64,000 nucleotides of DNA. Origin: Caulobacter sp. (GTDB taxonomy: Bacteria; Pseudomonadota; Alphaproteobacteria; Caulobacterales; Caulobacteraceae). The stretch is taken from assembly GCA_044239675.1 (NCBI GenBank), contig JBIIAX010000005.1:125024-189023 (forward strand). Reading direction: 5' to 3'. Shown piece by piece: positions 1-8,250 of the stretch (its first letter is position 1; every line of letters starts with the position of its first letter). The notes beneath the pieces were generated by a model. The model saw only the letters and a list, made by a program, of their open reading frames with translations. It did not search any database and had not been told where the DNA came from. The position numbers were made by a program, and so were the translations under genes.

Positions 1-171
1 TTTGTTCCAAGGCCTGCAGAAAGGCCGCATCGTCCATGCCCTGGCCTTCGCCCCGAAACGCCCCGATCGGGCCCGCGCATTCTGGGGGCGGCGCGCCGAC
101 AGCGTCAACCCGCCCCTCTTCGGCCAGAGGCCCGGGGTCGGGCGATGGGAGGCGTACGGGCGACCGGGCCG

Positions 172-792
172 TCATGCCCGGGCCTCGCCCCATTCACTCC
201 AGCCGGCGATCCGTGGAGTCCGCGGCAGGTACATGCTGGAAAGCTCGGTCAGGGCCAGCCCCGCCTGGGTGATAGATGGGGCAATTGGTCGCGTCAGGTG
301 GCAGCCGCCAGCCAGGCGTTTCCAGACCGGTTCGACCCGCTTCTGCCACTTGGCGACATCGGCGTCGGGCGCCAGGCCATGCTCACAGAACAGGAAGCGG
401 CCGCCCGGCTTCAGCACCCGCCGCGCCTCGGCCAGGGCGGCCGCAGGCGACTGGACCGAGCAGAGGGTGAAGGTGCAGACCACGCAGTCGAAGCTGGCGT
501 CGGGATGCGGCAGGGCCTCGGCCGTCCCGTCTTGGATCTCGACCTTGAGGCCGTCTGGGCGTGGCGCGGCCTCCGCCCTCGCCCGCAGTTCGGCGGAGGG
601 ATCGACGCCGGAGACGCTGGTCACCCTTGCCGGATCATAGAAGGCCAGGTTCAGGCCGCCGCCGATGCCCAGTTCCAGGACCCGGCCGGCGGCCTTGGGG
701 ACCACCTTCTGCCTCTGCTTGACGATCGGCTTGGAACCGCAGGCGCAACCGATCAGACGGGGCATCACATAGCGGTCGTAGAGGCTGGTCAT
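172..792 (-). CDS. Class I SAM-dependent methyltransferase
   Basis: VLELGIGGG SAM-binding motif I and FDCVVCTFTLC motif. The ATG at 792 overlaps the NUDIX stop (ATGA) and is preferred over the ORF-track start at 810. Confidence 0.85.
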   Translation of the reverse strand: MTSLYDRYVMPRLIGCACGSKPIVKQRQKVVPKAAGRVLELGIGGGLNLAFYDPARVTSVSGVDPSAELRARAEAAPRPDGLKVEIQDGTAEALPHPDASFDCVVCTFTLCSVQSPAAALAEARRVLKPGGRFLFCEHGLAPDADVAKWQKRVEPVWKRLAGGCHLTRPIAPSITQAGLALTELSSMYLPRTPRIAGWSEWGEARA

Positions 793-1235
793 TGGTAGCT
801 CCTCATCCACTTGGCCACCGCCCAGGCGTGGCTGTCGTGGCGCAGCCTTGTCACCGCCTCCGAAGGATTCATCCAGACCAGGGCATGGTCGTCCTCGATC
901 TTGAGGGCCGGGTCGTCGCCGGCCAGGCGGGCGGTGTGGACGCCGCCCTCGTTCTCGACCGGCTCGCCATCGCTCTTGAGGAACAGCTGGCTGGCGCGGA
1001 GGATCAGCGCGCCGGGCTCCACGATCAGCCCGGTCTCCTCGCCGAACTCGCGGACCAGGGCCTGGTGCTCGGTCTCCTCGCCATCGACAGCCCCGCCGGG
1101 CAGGTCGAAGTAGGAGCGGTCGCCTTCGCGGGTGACCCGGACCACGGCGATCAGCCCGTCCCGCTCACAGACGCCGAAGGCCGCCGGGCGCAGGCGGTAG
1201 GCGATCTCGGGGTCGCGGCGGCCGAACTCCAGCAT
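789..1235 (-). CDS. NUDIX hydrolase
   Basis: Nudix box GGAVDGEETEHQALVREFGEETGL; coupled to both neighbours by overlapping start/stop codons. Confidence 0.9.
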   Translation of the reverse strand: MLEFGRRDPEIAYRLRPAAFGVCERDGLIAVVRVTREGDRSYFDLPGGAVDGEETEHQALVREFGEETGLIVEPGALILRASQLFLKSDGEPVENEGGVHTARLAGDDPALKIEDDHALVWMNPSEAVTRLRHDSHAWAVAKWMRSYQ

Positions 1236-2251
1236 CAGTCGCGTCCCAGCATGGAGTCCCAGGGATCGACCCTGCCCGCCTCGACGTCGGAGACGGCGAT
1301 GGCCGGCCAGCCGACCTTGGAGGAAGCGCTCTGGCGCCAGGCCAGGACATAGAGGTCGCGCAGTTCGGCGGCCCCGGCCCCCAGCCGCTCAATGACGAAG
1401 GCCGCGCCACGCGGATCGACGTCCTTGAAGCCGCCCTGGCTCCAAAGGGCATAGAGGGGTTCCAGGTAGGTCTGGGTCTTCAAGAGGTAGTCGACGGTGC
1501 GCTTCTCGATGGCGCAGGCGCAGTCGTGGAAGGCCGGCATGCCGGCGCGGGCCCCGGCGACGCTGGCCGCGCGGACGACGAAGGCGCCTTCGAACGGCCC
1601 GTGGATCCGGTCGGTCGTGTAGCCCTTGGGGTTGGGGTACTTGCCCCAGCCGTTGTAGTGGATCGAGACATGCAGCGGCTGGGAGCCGTCGCCGACGTAG
1701 TGGCCCAGCACCCCCATGTCCCGCAGGATCAGGGCCTCGCGGCGGACCCGGTCGGCCCGGTACCAGGCGCGGCGGGCGCCCTTGGCGCGCTTCTCGGCGG
1801 CCTTCAGCACCCGCCAGTTGGCGAGGTCGAGGGTCAGCTGCTGGTAGCCGTCGATGATGGCGTACTGCAGGTAGCCGGCCTCCCAGCTGTTGTGGCCGGC
1901 GGCCTGCAGGGCCTTTTCATAGTCCTCGCGGGTCGGCGGCAGGTCGGCCAGGGGCATGACGCCCAGCACCCTGCCCTCGTCATCGAGGTCGAGGTTGTGG
2001 GCGGCGTCGCGGTCCGTGTCGTGGATCTTGCCGGAGCCCTTCCAGCGGTCGGGCTCGCGAGCCAGTTCGCCGACGTCGGCGGCCGCCTTCTTGCCGCGCA
2101 TAAAGGCCGGGACCTCGGCGGGCAGGCCCTCGACCGCCAGCTGGCCGACCATGCGGTGGCCGCTGGCGCCCCAGGCGATGGCCTGGCTGACGGCGCCGGC
2201 GCCGAGGACGACGGCCAGGGCCGCCCCGATGAGCAGACGAGAGACACGCAT
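1235..2251 (-). CDS. S1/P1 family nuclease, secreted
   Basis: Signal peptide followed by the diagnostic WGxxGH (WGASGH); later HYVGDGSQPLH zinc-ligand motif. Confidence 0.85.
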   Translation of the reverse strand: MRVSRLLIGAALAVVLGAGAVSQAIAWGASGHRMVGQLAVEGLPAEVPAFMRGKKAAADVGELAREPDRWKGSGKIHDTDRDAAHNLDLDDEGRVLGVMPLADLPPTREDYEKALQAAGHNSWEAGYLQYAIIDGYQQLTLDLANWRVLKAAEKRAKGARRAWYRADRVRREALILRDMGVLGHYVGDGSQPLHVSIHYNGWGKYPNPKGYTTDRIHGPFEGAFVVRAASVAGARAGMPAFHDCACAIEKRTVDYLLKTQTYLEPLYALWSQGGFKDVDPRGAAFVIERLGAGAAELRDLYVLAWRQSASSKVGWPAIAVSDVEAGRVDPWDSMLGRD

Positions 2252-2275
2252 GGGAACTCCGGCCCGGATGGGAAA

Positions 2276-2863
2276 CTACGGGATGCCCAGCGCCGCCTCG
2301 ACCCGGCCGACCCAGGCCTGGACGGCCGGGTAGTCGGTGAGGTCGAACCCGCCCTCATGGGCCACCCGGGTGTAGGCGACCAGGGCCACGTCCGCCAGCG
2401 TCAACCGCGCGCCGACCAGGAATCCGCCGGCCTCCAGCGCCTGTTCCAGGCGGGCCAGGGCGGCCTTGCCGCGCTCGACCAGCTTCGGCTCCAGGTCGGA
2501 GGCGGGCTTGCCCAGATAGGCCATCTGGAACCGGGCCACGGCGACGTAGGGCTCGTGGCTGTACTGCTCCCAGAACAGCCACTCGAACATCTTGGCGCGG
2601 TCGAAAATGTCCTGCGGAATCAAGTCCGAACCCTCAGCAAGATAGAGGATAATGGCGTTCGATTGGGCCAGGACGCGGCCGTCCTCCAGCACAACCATAG
2701 GAACCTGGCCGGCCGGGTTGCGAGCAATGAATTCAGGGGTGCGACTTTCCCCCTCAAGGATGTTGGTCTCGACCCAGCGATACGGCAGATTCAGCCGCTC
2801 GGCGGTCCACTTTACCTTCAGACAATTGCCCGAGATGCTGTCGCCATAGACGGTGATACTCAT
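2276..2863 (-). CDS. Glutathione S-transferase family protein
   Basis: MSITVYGDSISGNCLKV, NPAGQVP, LAQSNAII and LTLADVAL GST motifs; start placed at ATG 2863 rather than the long ORF-track extension. Confidence 0.9.
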   Translation of the reverse strand: MSITVYGDSISGNCLKVKWTAERLNLPYRWVETNILEGESRTPEFIARNPAGQVPMVVLEDGRVLAQSNAIILYLAEGSDLIPQDIFDRAKMFEWLFWEQYSHEPYVAVARFQMAYLGKPASDLEPKLVERGKAALARLEQALEAGGFLVGARLTLADVALVAYTRVAHEGGFDLTDYPAVQAWVGRVEAALGIP

Positions 2864-2960
2864 CGAGATTCTCCCTGCGACTCCGGCGCGGGTTGCCTTT
2901 GAGGCTCTCGTTCTATAGACACCGCCCTCACAACGTCGAGAAACAAAGGGGGGCCCGCTG

Positions 2961-3578
2961 ATGAAGCGCACCTTCGCATGCCTCGCCGCACTGGCTTTCG
3001 GGCTGGCTGCTAACACCTCTTCAGCCCAGACTCCGGGCCGCGCAAACGACGATCCCATCGGGGATATTATCGCGCAAACGACCGCTTCCCCCAAGGTTGG
3101 GGCGCCTGGGACTCCCGGGACCATGGCGCCGATCCCGGACGATGCTGTCCTGCCTGAACCCAACGCGGGCAAGGCCGATTCCGTTCCAGGGTCCGCCTCG
3201 GCCGAGGCGGACTGGAACATGCGCGTCACCCTCTACCACAACGGCAAGGGCGGAGTGGGCAACCGCGACTCGCTGGGCTGCGCCGTGGTGCCGATGCGCA
3301 CCGCCGCCATCGACCCCCGCGTCGCCCCCAAGCGCACCATCCTGTTCATCCCCGAGACCGTGGGCATGCCCATGGCCGACGGCACGACCCATGACGGCTA
3401 TTGGTTCGCCTCCGACACCGGCGGCGCCATCAAGGGCTCGAAGATCGACCTGTTCACCGGCAGCGGCCGCGGCTCAATGAAGCCGATGATGAAGATCAAC
3501 ACCCGCACCGTGGCGGTGATCAAGGCGGGCTCCTTCACCGGCTGCCCCCGCGCCGGCGGCCAGGTGGCGATGCGCTAG
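2961..3578 (+). CDS. Secreted 3D (Asp-Asp-Asp) domain protein, MltA/Sps-like peptidoglycan-related
   Basis: Signal peptide; AAIDPRV and ASDTGGAIKGSKIDLF are typical 3D-domain motifs. Confidence 0.8.
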   Translation: MKRTFACLAALAFGLAANTSSAQTPGRANDDPIGDIIAQTTASPKVGAPGTPGTMAPIPDDAVLPEPNAGKADSVPGSASAEADWNMRVTLYHNGKGGVGNRDSLGCAVVPMRTAAIDPRVAPKRTILFIPETVGMPMADGTTHDGYWFASDTGGAIKGSKIDLFTGSGRGSMKPMMKINTRTVAVIKAGSFTGCPRAGGQVAMR

Positions 3579-3593
3579 ACATATATAGGCGGG

Positions 3594-3611
3594 AATCTGG
3601 ATATCCAGATT
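3594..3611. repeat. Perfect 18-bp palindrome AATCTGGATATCCAGATT
   Basis: Read directly; follows an ATATATA tract just after the 3D gene stop. Confidence 0.85.
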
Positions 3612-3677
3612 GTCGAGTTTCCGCTCCGAACCCTGGTGTTCCGGCCATTTTTCCTGTGATTTCAGAGATCTGATCCG

Positions 3678-3820
3678 GGGATCGCGTGGCTCCCGGCTTG
3701 GGATCGCATGGGTTCCGGATGGGGATCGCGTGGGGATCGCATGGGTCCCGGATGGGGATCGCGTGGGGATTGGCCGGCTCCCGGATGGGGGTTACCCGGC
3801 GTCCTGTTGGGGATTGGCCA
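3678..3820. repeat. Tandem array of 13 degenerate 11-bp units (consensus near GGGATCGCRTG / GGTCCCGGATG)
   Basis: Units in register: gggatcgcgtg, gctcccggctt, gggatcgcatg, ggttccggatg, gggatcgcgtg, gggatcgcatg, ggtcccggatg, gggatcgcgtg, gggattggccg, gctcccggatg, ggggttacccg, gcgtcctgttg, gggattggcca. Confidence 0.85.
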
Positions 3821-4330
3821 GCGCCCGACGCAGGCTCGTCCCGCGGATTGGCCTCCGCCGTGGGGGTCGGGAACTTATGCAATGAGCAGGGGATCAGGCG
3901 ACGTTCGGACGACGTGCTGAAATAGAGCATGGGCGGCGAGCCTATCGAAGCGGTCGGCCATTATCCCACACCGGGCGATGTCCACCGCGCGCTCCAATCC
4001 AGGCACGCCGGCGCTGATTGTTTCCCTGGGAGCAGAAGGCCGTCCCCATGGCGTGGGCGAGACGCGCGGGCGCTCGACCAGAGCCCGCGGCGGCGCGCTC
4101 GGTCAGCCGGCGCGAAACGGATTGAGCGCAAGATGCGACCGTCGCCTCGTTGTGTGGCTAGGTGTGGGCGGCCAGGACAGGCTGCATGAATGGAGCGGGA
4201 GCCGCCCGGAATTCGTCCCGCCCCCACATCGAACACAGGGCACCATAGAATGCACTGTCACCCGGTACTCCTCCTCTTCAATGAGGAGCGTGAATCACGT
4301 TCTGGGCTCAAGGGAATCCCGGAGGGGGAC

Positions 4331-5530
4331 CTACGGACCGGGAGCAAAGGGCCCGCCTTCGCTGGTTGGAAGGGCAGTGGCGACAGGATTGACCCGCGGC
4401 GCACCAGGCGCCTCCAGGGCGTAGATGAAGGCTCCGCCGCAGTTCCCCTTCACGCCGTTGACGTATTGGGCAGGTCTCAACCGTTCTGCAATTGCCGGAA
4501 CAGTCGCCAAGGCCTTCTTCGCGGGCTCCTGATCGAGCAGCGGTGTCAACCGACCCTCACCGTCGACAAAGAAGGTTCCGGCAAACACCGCCTCCCCCGC
4601 TCGCACGTCAAAGGCTGGCGCTCCCAGGCAAAGACTCACCGCCGATACTCTCTCAATCCTCCAGCGGCCCGGCGGAACAATGTAGACGTAGGTCTTCTCA
4701 ACCAGTTCGGTCGGCTTCTTCCACAGCGTCCCGCCAGGCGTGGCTGCGGCGAAGCTTGGCGAAGTGGCCAGATCGATGGGCCGCGACATCTCATCGGTGT
4801 CCTGCTCAAAATTGAAGAACCCGAAGACTGTGGATTTACCCCGCGCCACCATGCGGACGACGAATACGGTTTGGGCCGCCGTCACGTCCGGCAGCGCCTT
4901 GTCCCGCACCGGCCCGACGGCGGCGGCAGCTTTGTCCGATTGGGCCAGCGCCTTCGCCAGCCTGGCCTCGCGGTCGGGCCGCGTCGTCTTGGGACGGGAG
5001 ATGGCGGTGATGCTCAGAGATGGCTTGTCCACAGCCCCGGCCGCCCCGATCCAACGCGCCCTCGGGTCAAGAAGATCGTTGGAAAACTGGCGTACCGGCC
5101 AACCTTCCGGCGTCTCGGAGCCGACCCAGCTAGCCAGCATCTTGCGACGCTCAGCCAGCGGCCCGGCTGCCAAGGCCGAACCGGCCTCGGCCCCAATCTG
5201 CATTACCGTCCAACCCTGCACGACCATGCAATCCTCGACATTTGTCGCGTAACCATTGTCGTCAGCGACTTCGTTCATGATGGCCAAGAACGTCGTCTCA
5301 AGCATGAGGCCGAACAGCCCATAGGTCAGGCCGGTGATGGCCGTTTGGTCGGGTTGCTCTGTCCGCCCAGCCAGGTCGATACACCCCAAGACGGCGGCAT
5401 CATGAGAATCCATGTCAGCGCCGACCCTGTGAAAATAGGTATAGCCACGGCTTGCGCGGGTCAGATCCGCCTGGGCGAAGGCCGGCGTACCGCAAGCCAC
5501 CACTGCCACCGCTATCAAGAGTTTGCGCAT
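4331..5530 (-). CDS. Hypothetical secreted protein (~399 aa)
   Basis: ATG at 5530 begins a clean signal peptide MRKLLIAVAVVACGTPAFA|Q; long open frame; no family recognised. Confidence 0.65.
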   Translation of the reverse strand: MRKLLIAVAVVACGTPAFAQADLTRASRGYTYFHRVGADMDSHDAAVLGCIDLAGRTEQPDQTAITGLTYGLFGLMLETTFLAIMNEVADDNGYATNVEDCMVVQGWTVMQIGAEAGSALAAGPLAERRKMLASWVGSETPEGWPVRQFSNDLLDPRARWIGAAGAVDKPSLSITAISRPKTTRPDREARLAKALAQSDKAAAAVGPVRDKALPDVTAAQTVFVVRMVARGKSTVFGFFNFEQDTDEMSRPIDLATSPSFAAATPGGTLWKKPTELVEKTYVYIVPPGRWRIERVSAVSLCLGAPAFDVRAGEAVFAGTFFVDGEGRLTPLLDQEPAKKALATVPAIAERLRPAQYVNGVKGNCGGAFIYALEAPGAPRVNPVATALPTSEGGPFAPGP

Positions 5531-5684
5531 CACCCCCCGCTTTCTGAACCTGGATGGTAAGGTCCGGGCCGCCGGGGTTTCAACCAGATCCAATTGTCGC
5601 ATCCGTGAGGAATGGCCTCTTCCACATCGCTCGGCGGGTTGGTCCGAGTGGATGGAAAAGGCCTCAAAGGTGCGCGGACAGGCC

Positions 5685-6311
5685 TCACAGGGTGGCGCAG
5701 CAGCCATCGGCGATCCTCGCCGCATCGACACGCTCGGCGCCCAGACCCGTCAAGCCAAGCACGATCATGTCACGAACCCGCAGCACCTTCTCCGGTCGGG
5801 CCCCGGTGACGTCCAGAAGGCTGGCCATAAGCACCTGGCAGAGACCGAGCCAGAAGAGAACGCCGGAGTTCCTGGCCTCCTGGCTAAGCAAGCCAAGCCT
5901 GGCGGCTTGGTCGAAGTCGTCGGCCACGCCCTTGTTCAGCGGATGCGAGCGATCCGTGACGTTTCCCGAGCCGCGCAGCAAGGCCGCCGTGCGCATGGGA
6001 TTGTTGATCGCGAACGCCGCGCAGGTCCGCATGCCGTTGGCGATGCGCTCGACAGGGTCGGACACGCCCCCGTTGGCGCGCGCCACCTGATCTTCCAGTT
6101 CGAGCCGCACCTCTGCGGCTATAGCGGCGGCGAAGGCGTGCTTGTCGGCGAAGTGGTTGAAGAAGCTGCCCTTGGCCACGCCGGCCTGGGCGACGACCTC
6201 GTCGATCGGGATCGCGTCGATCGGCTTGACGGCCAGGAGCTCGAATCCGGCCGCGATCAGCGCGCTCCGGGTGCGGGCGGCGCGCGGCGGCAGATGGGGG
6301 GTAAGGAGCAT
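5685..6311 (-). CDS. TetR/AcrR family transcriptional regulator
   Basis: HTH motif IDEVVAQAGVAKGSFFNHF; divergent from the catabolic operon. Confidence 0.9.
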   Translation of the reverse strand: MLLTPHLPPRAARTRSALIAAGFELLAVKPIDAIPIDEVVAQAGVAKGSFFNHFADKHAFAAAIAAEVRLELEDQVARANGGVSDPVERIANGMRTCAAFAINNPMRTAALLRGSGNVTDRSHPLNKGVADDFDQAARLGLLSQEARNSGVLFWLGLCQVLMASLLDVTGARPEKVLRVRDMIVLGLTGLGAERVDAARIADGCCATL

Positions 6312-6324
6312 GGCGAAAGCCTAC

Positions 6325-6367
6325 TTGACTATTTAGTCATCCACAAGCAAGGTGACCAAATAGTCAA
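6325..6367. promoter_or_regulatory. Two inverted copies of a palindromic operator TTGACTATTT(A/G)GTCA (6325-6339 and 6353-6367), probable TetR sites
   Basis: Both sites read directly and differ at 1 of 15 nt; they lie in the 82-bp divergent gap. Assignment to this TetR is inference. Confidence 0.7.
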
Positions 6368-6393
6368 CTTAGATTGGCGGGGAGGAGTACGGT

Positions 6394-7413
6394 TTGGCTG
6401 TCATCAAGATTGAGGACATTGGTCACGTCCGCTTCGCCGCGCCGGACCTGGGCGTCATGCGCGCCTTCCTCGAAGATTTCGGGCTTGAGGTCTTCGAGAC
6501 CCAAGGCCGGCTCTACGGCAAGGGGCGCGATGGGCGAGCCTTCCTCCATGTCACCGAGCCCGGGCCCGCGAAGTTCCTGGCCGTCGGCTTTCGCGCCGAG
6601 TCGCTGTCGGATCTCCATGCGCTGGCAGCTCACGAAGGGGCCAGGATCGAGGACCTGAACGAGCCTGGCGGCGGCAAGGTCGTGCGGTTGACCGACCCGG
6701 ACGGGTACCGGGTCGAGGTTGTCGCGGGCCAGGCGAGGGACGCGGTCGCCGAGCTGCCCGCCGACCTGCCGCGCAACACGGCGGCGGCCAGGCCGCGGGT
6801 CCGCGCGGCGGTCCGGCTGCGGGCCGCGCCGGCGCACGTGGTTCGTCTGGGGCACGCGGTGCTCAAGGTGCGCGACTTCCATCAGTCGGAGCGTTGGTAC
6901 AAGGAGCGCTTCGGCTTCCTGACTTCCGATGAGATCGAGGCGGCCGAGGGCGTGCCGCTCGGCGCGTTCATGCGGTGCGACCGGGGCGACGAGCCGACGG
7001 ACCACCACACCCTCTTCCTCGCGCAACTCCCCGGTGAGATCGGCCTGCTGCACGCCGCGTTCGAGGTCGCCGACTTCGACGACCTGATGCTGGGCCACCA
7101 ATATCTGAAGTCGCGCAAGCGCCAGTCGGCGTGGGGCGTCGGCCGCCACATCATGGGCAGCCAGGTCTTCGACTACTGGAAGGATCCGTTCGGCAACGAG
7201 CTCGAGCACTGGACGGATGGCGATCTCTTCACGGCGGCCGATCCGCCGCAGAAGCAGCCGATGAGCGCCCTGCTCTCAGTGCAGTGGGGAAGCCCCCATC
7301 CGATGTTCGCGGGCAAGAGACCGCCGCCGCCGGGCCTCGTCTCGTTCGTCACCGCCATGCTGCTGCGCTTCAAGCGCATGTTCCGTCGCGAACCCCGGAG
7401 ATCAGCCATATGA
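6394..7413 (+). CDS. Two-domain VOC family protein, extradiol-dioxygenase-like
   Basis: GHVRF, LGHAVL, HHTLF, HAAFEV, WGVGRHIMGSQVFDYWKDPFGNELEH motifs; TTG start with GGAGG 8 nt upstream. Confidence 0.85.
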   Translation: MAVIKIEDIGHVRFAAPDLGVMRAFLEDFGLEVFETQGRLYGKGRDGRAFLHVTEPGPAKFLAVGFRAESLSDLHALAAHEGARIEDLNEPGGGKVVRLTDPDGYRVEVVAGQARDAVAELPADLPRNTAAARPRVRAAVRLRAAPAHVVRLGHAVLKVRDFHQSERWYKERFGFLTSDEIEAAEGVPLGAFMRCDRGDEPTDHHTLFLAQLPGEIGLLHAAFEVADFDDLMLGHQYLKSRKRQSAWGVGRHIMGSQVFDYWKDPFGNELEHWTDGDLFTAADPPQKQPMSALLSVQWGSPHPMFAGKRPPPPGLVSFVTAMLLRFKRMFRREPRRSAI

Positions 7414-8249
7414 AACTCGCTACCTATACCGTCGATGGCCGAACCCGCACGGGGATCGTGGTCGGGGACACATTGATCGACACCGGCGTGGCCGGAACCA
7501 TGATCGACCTCATCCGCGACTGGGACACGCACCGCCCGGCCCTGGAGGCCAAGGCCGCCGCCGGCGGCGGCCTGCCCCTATCATCGGTGAAACTGGAAGC
7601 CCCGGTGCCCCGCCCCGGCAAGATCTGGGCGATCGGCCTCAACTATGCCGACCACATCGCCGAGTCGAAGATGGAGACGCCGCAGCGCCAGGTGTGGTTC
7701 ACCAAGGCCCAGACCAGCGTCAACGGTCCTTTTGACGACATCGAGATCGCCAAGGGAACCACGACGGCCGATTACGAGGTCGAGCTCGTCGCGATCGTCG
7801 GCAAGGGCGGCAAGCACATCGCCGCCGCTGACGCGCCGGCGGCGATCTTCGGCTACTGCGTGGGCAACGATGTCACCGAGCGCATGTGGCAACATGCCGG
7901 ACCCCAGTGGTCGCTGGGCAAGAGCTTCGACACGCACGCGCCCATGGGGCCCTGGATCGTGACCGCCGACGAGGTCGGTGATCCCCACGCGCTCGGGCTT
8001 CGCTGCCTCGTCAATGGCGAGACGCGCCAGGACTCAAACACGCGCCACCTGGTCTTCGATATCTGGCGGCAGGTCGAGCATCTGTCTGTCGGGATGACCC
8101 TGGAACCGGGCGACTGCCTGTTCACGGGTACGCCGGGCGGCGTCGGCGCGGCCATGGATCCACGCCAGTTCCTGAAACCCGGCGACATCGTGCGCTGCGA
8201 GATCGACGGCCTGGGTCATATCGAAGGCGCCATGGTGGCTGAGGTCTGA
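7410..8249 (+). CDS. Fumarylacetoacetate hydrolase family protein
   Basis: IGLNYADH, DYEVEL, GNDVTER, GKSFDT and LFTGTPGGVG motifs; ATGA overlap with the upstream gene. Confidence 0.92.
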   Translation: MKLATYTVDGRTRTGIVVGDTLIDTGVAGTMIDLIRDWDTHRPALEAKAAAGGGLPLSSVKLEAPVPRPGKIWAIGLNYADHIAESKMETPQRQVWFTKAQTSVNGPFDDIEIAKGTTTADYEVELVAIVGKGGKHIAAADAPAAIFGYCVGNDVTERMWQHAGPQWSLGKSFDTHAPMGPWIVTADEVGDPHALGLRCLVNGETRQDSNTRHLVFDIWRQVEHLSVGMTLEPGDCLFTGTPGGVGAAMDPRQFLKPGDIVRCEIDGLGHIEGAMVAEV

Positions 8250-8250
8250 A

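Noticed and set aside
3678-3820. Possible CRISPR array
   Set aside because: Units are 11 bp and contiguous, with no unique spacers and no cas genes.
3535-3930. ORFs running through the 11-bp array (PHAIPIRxPCD repeats)
   Set aside because: The array is open in several frames on both strands, lacks a convincing RBS, and its period is not a multiple of 3; more likely non-coding.
4191-4221. Resemblance to the reverse complement of a tmRNA/tRNA 3' end (att-like scar)
   Set aside because: Only GGAGCCG and parts of a T-arm match; no TTCGA loop or CCA, so chance similarity in GC-rich DNA is likely.
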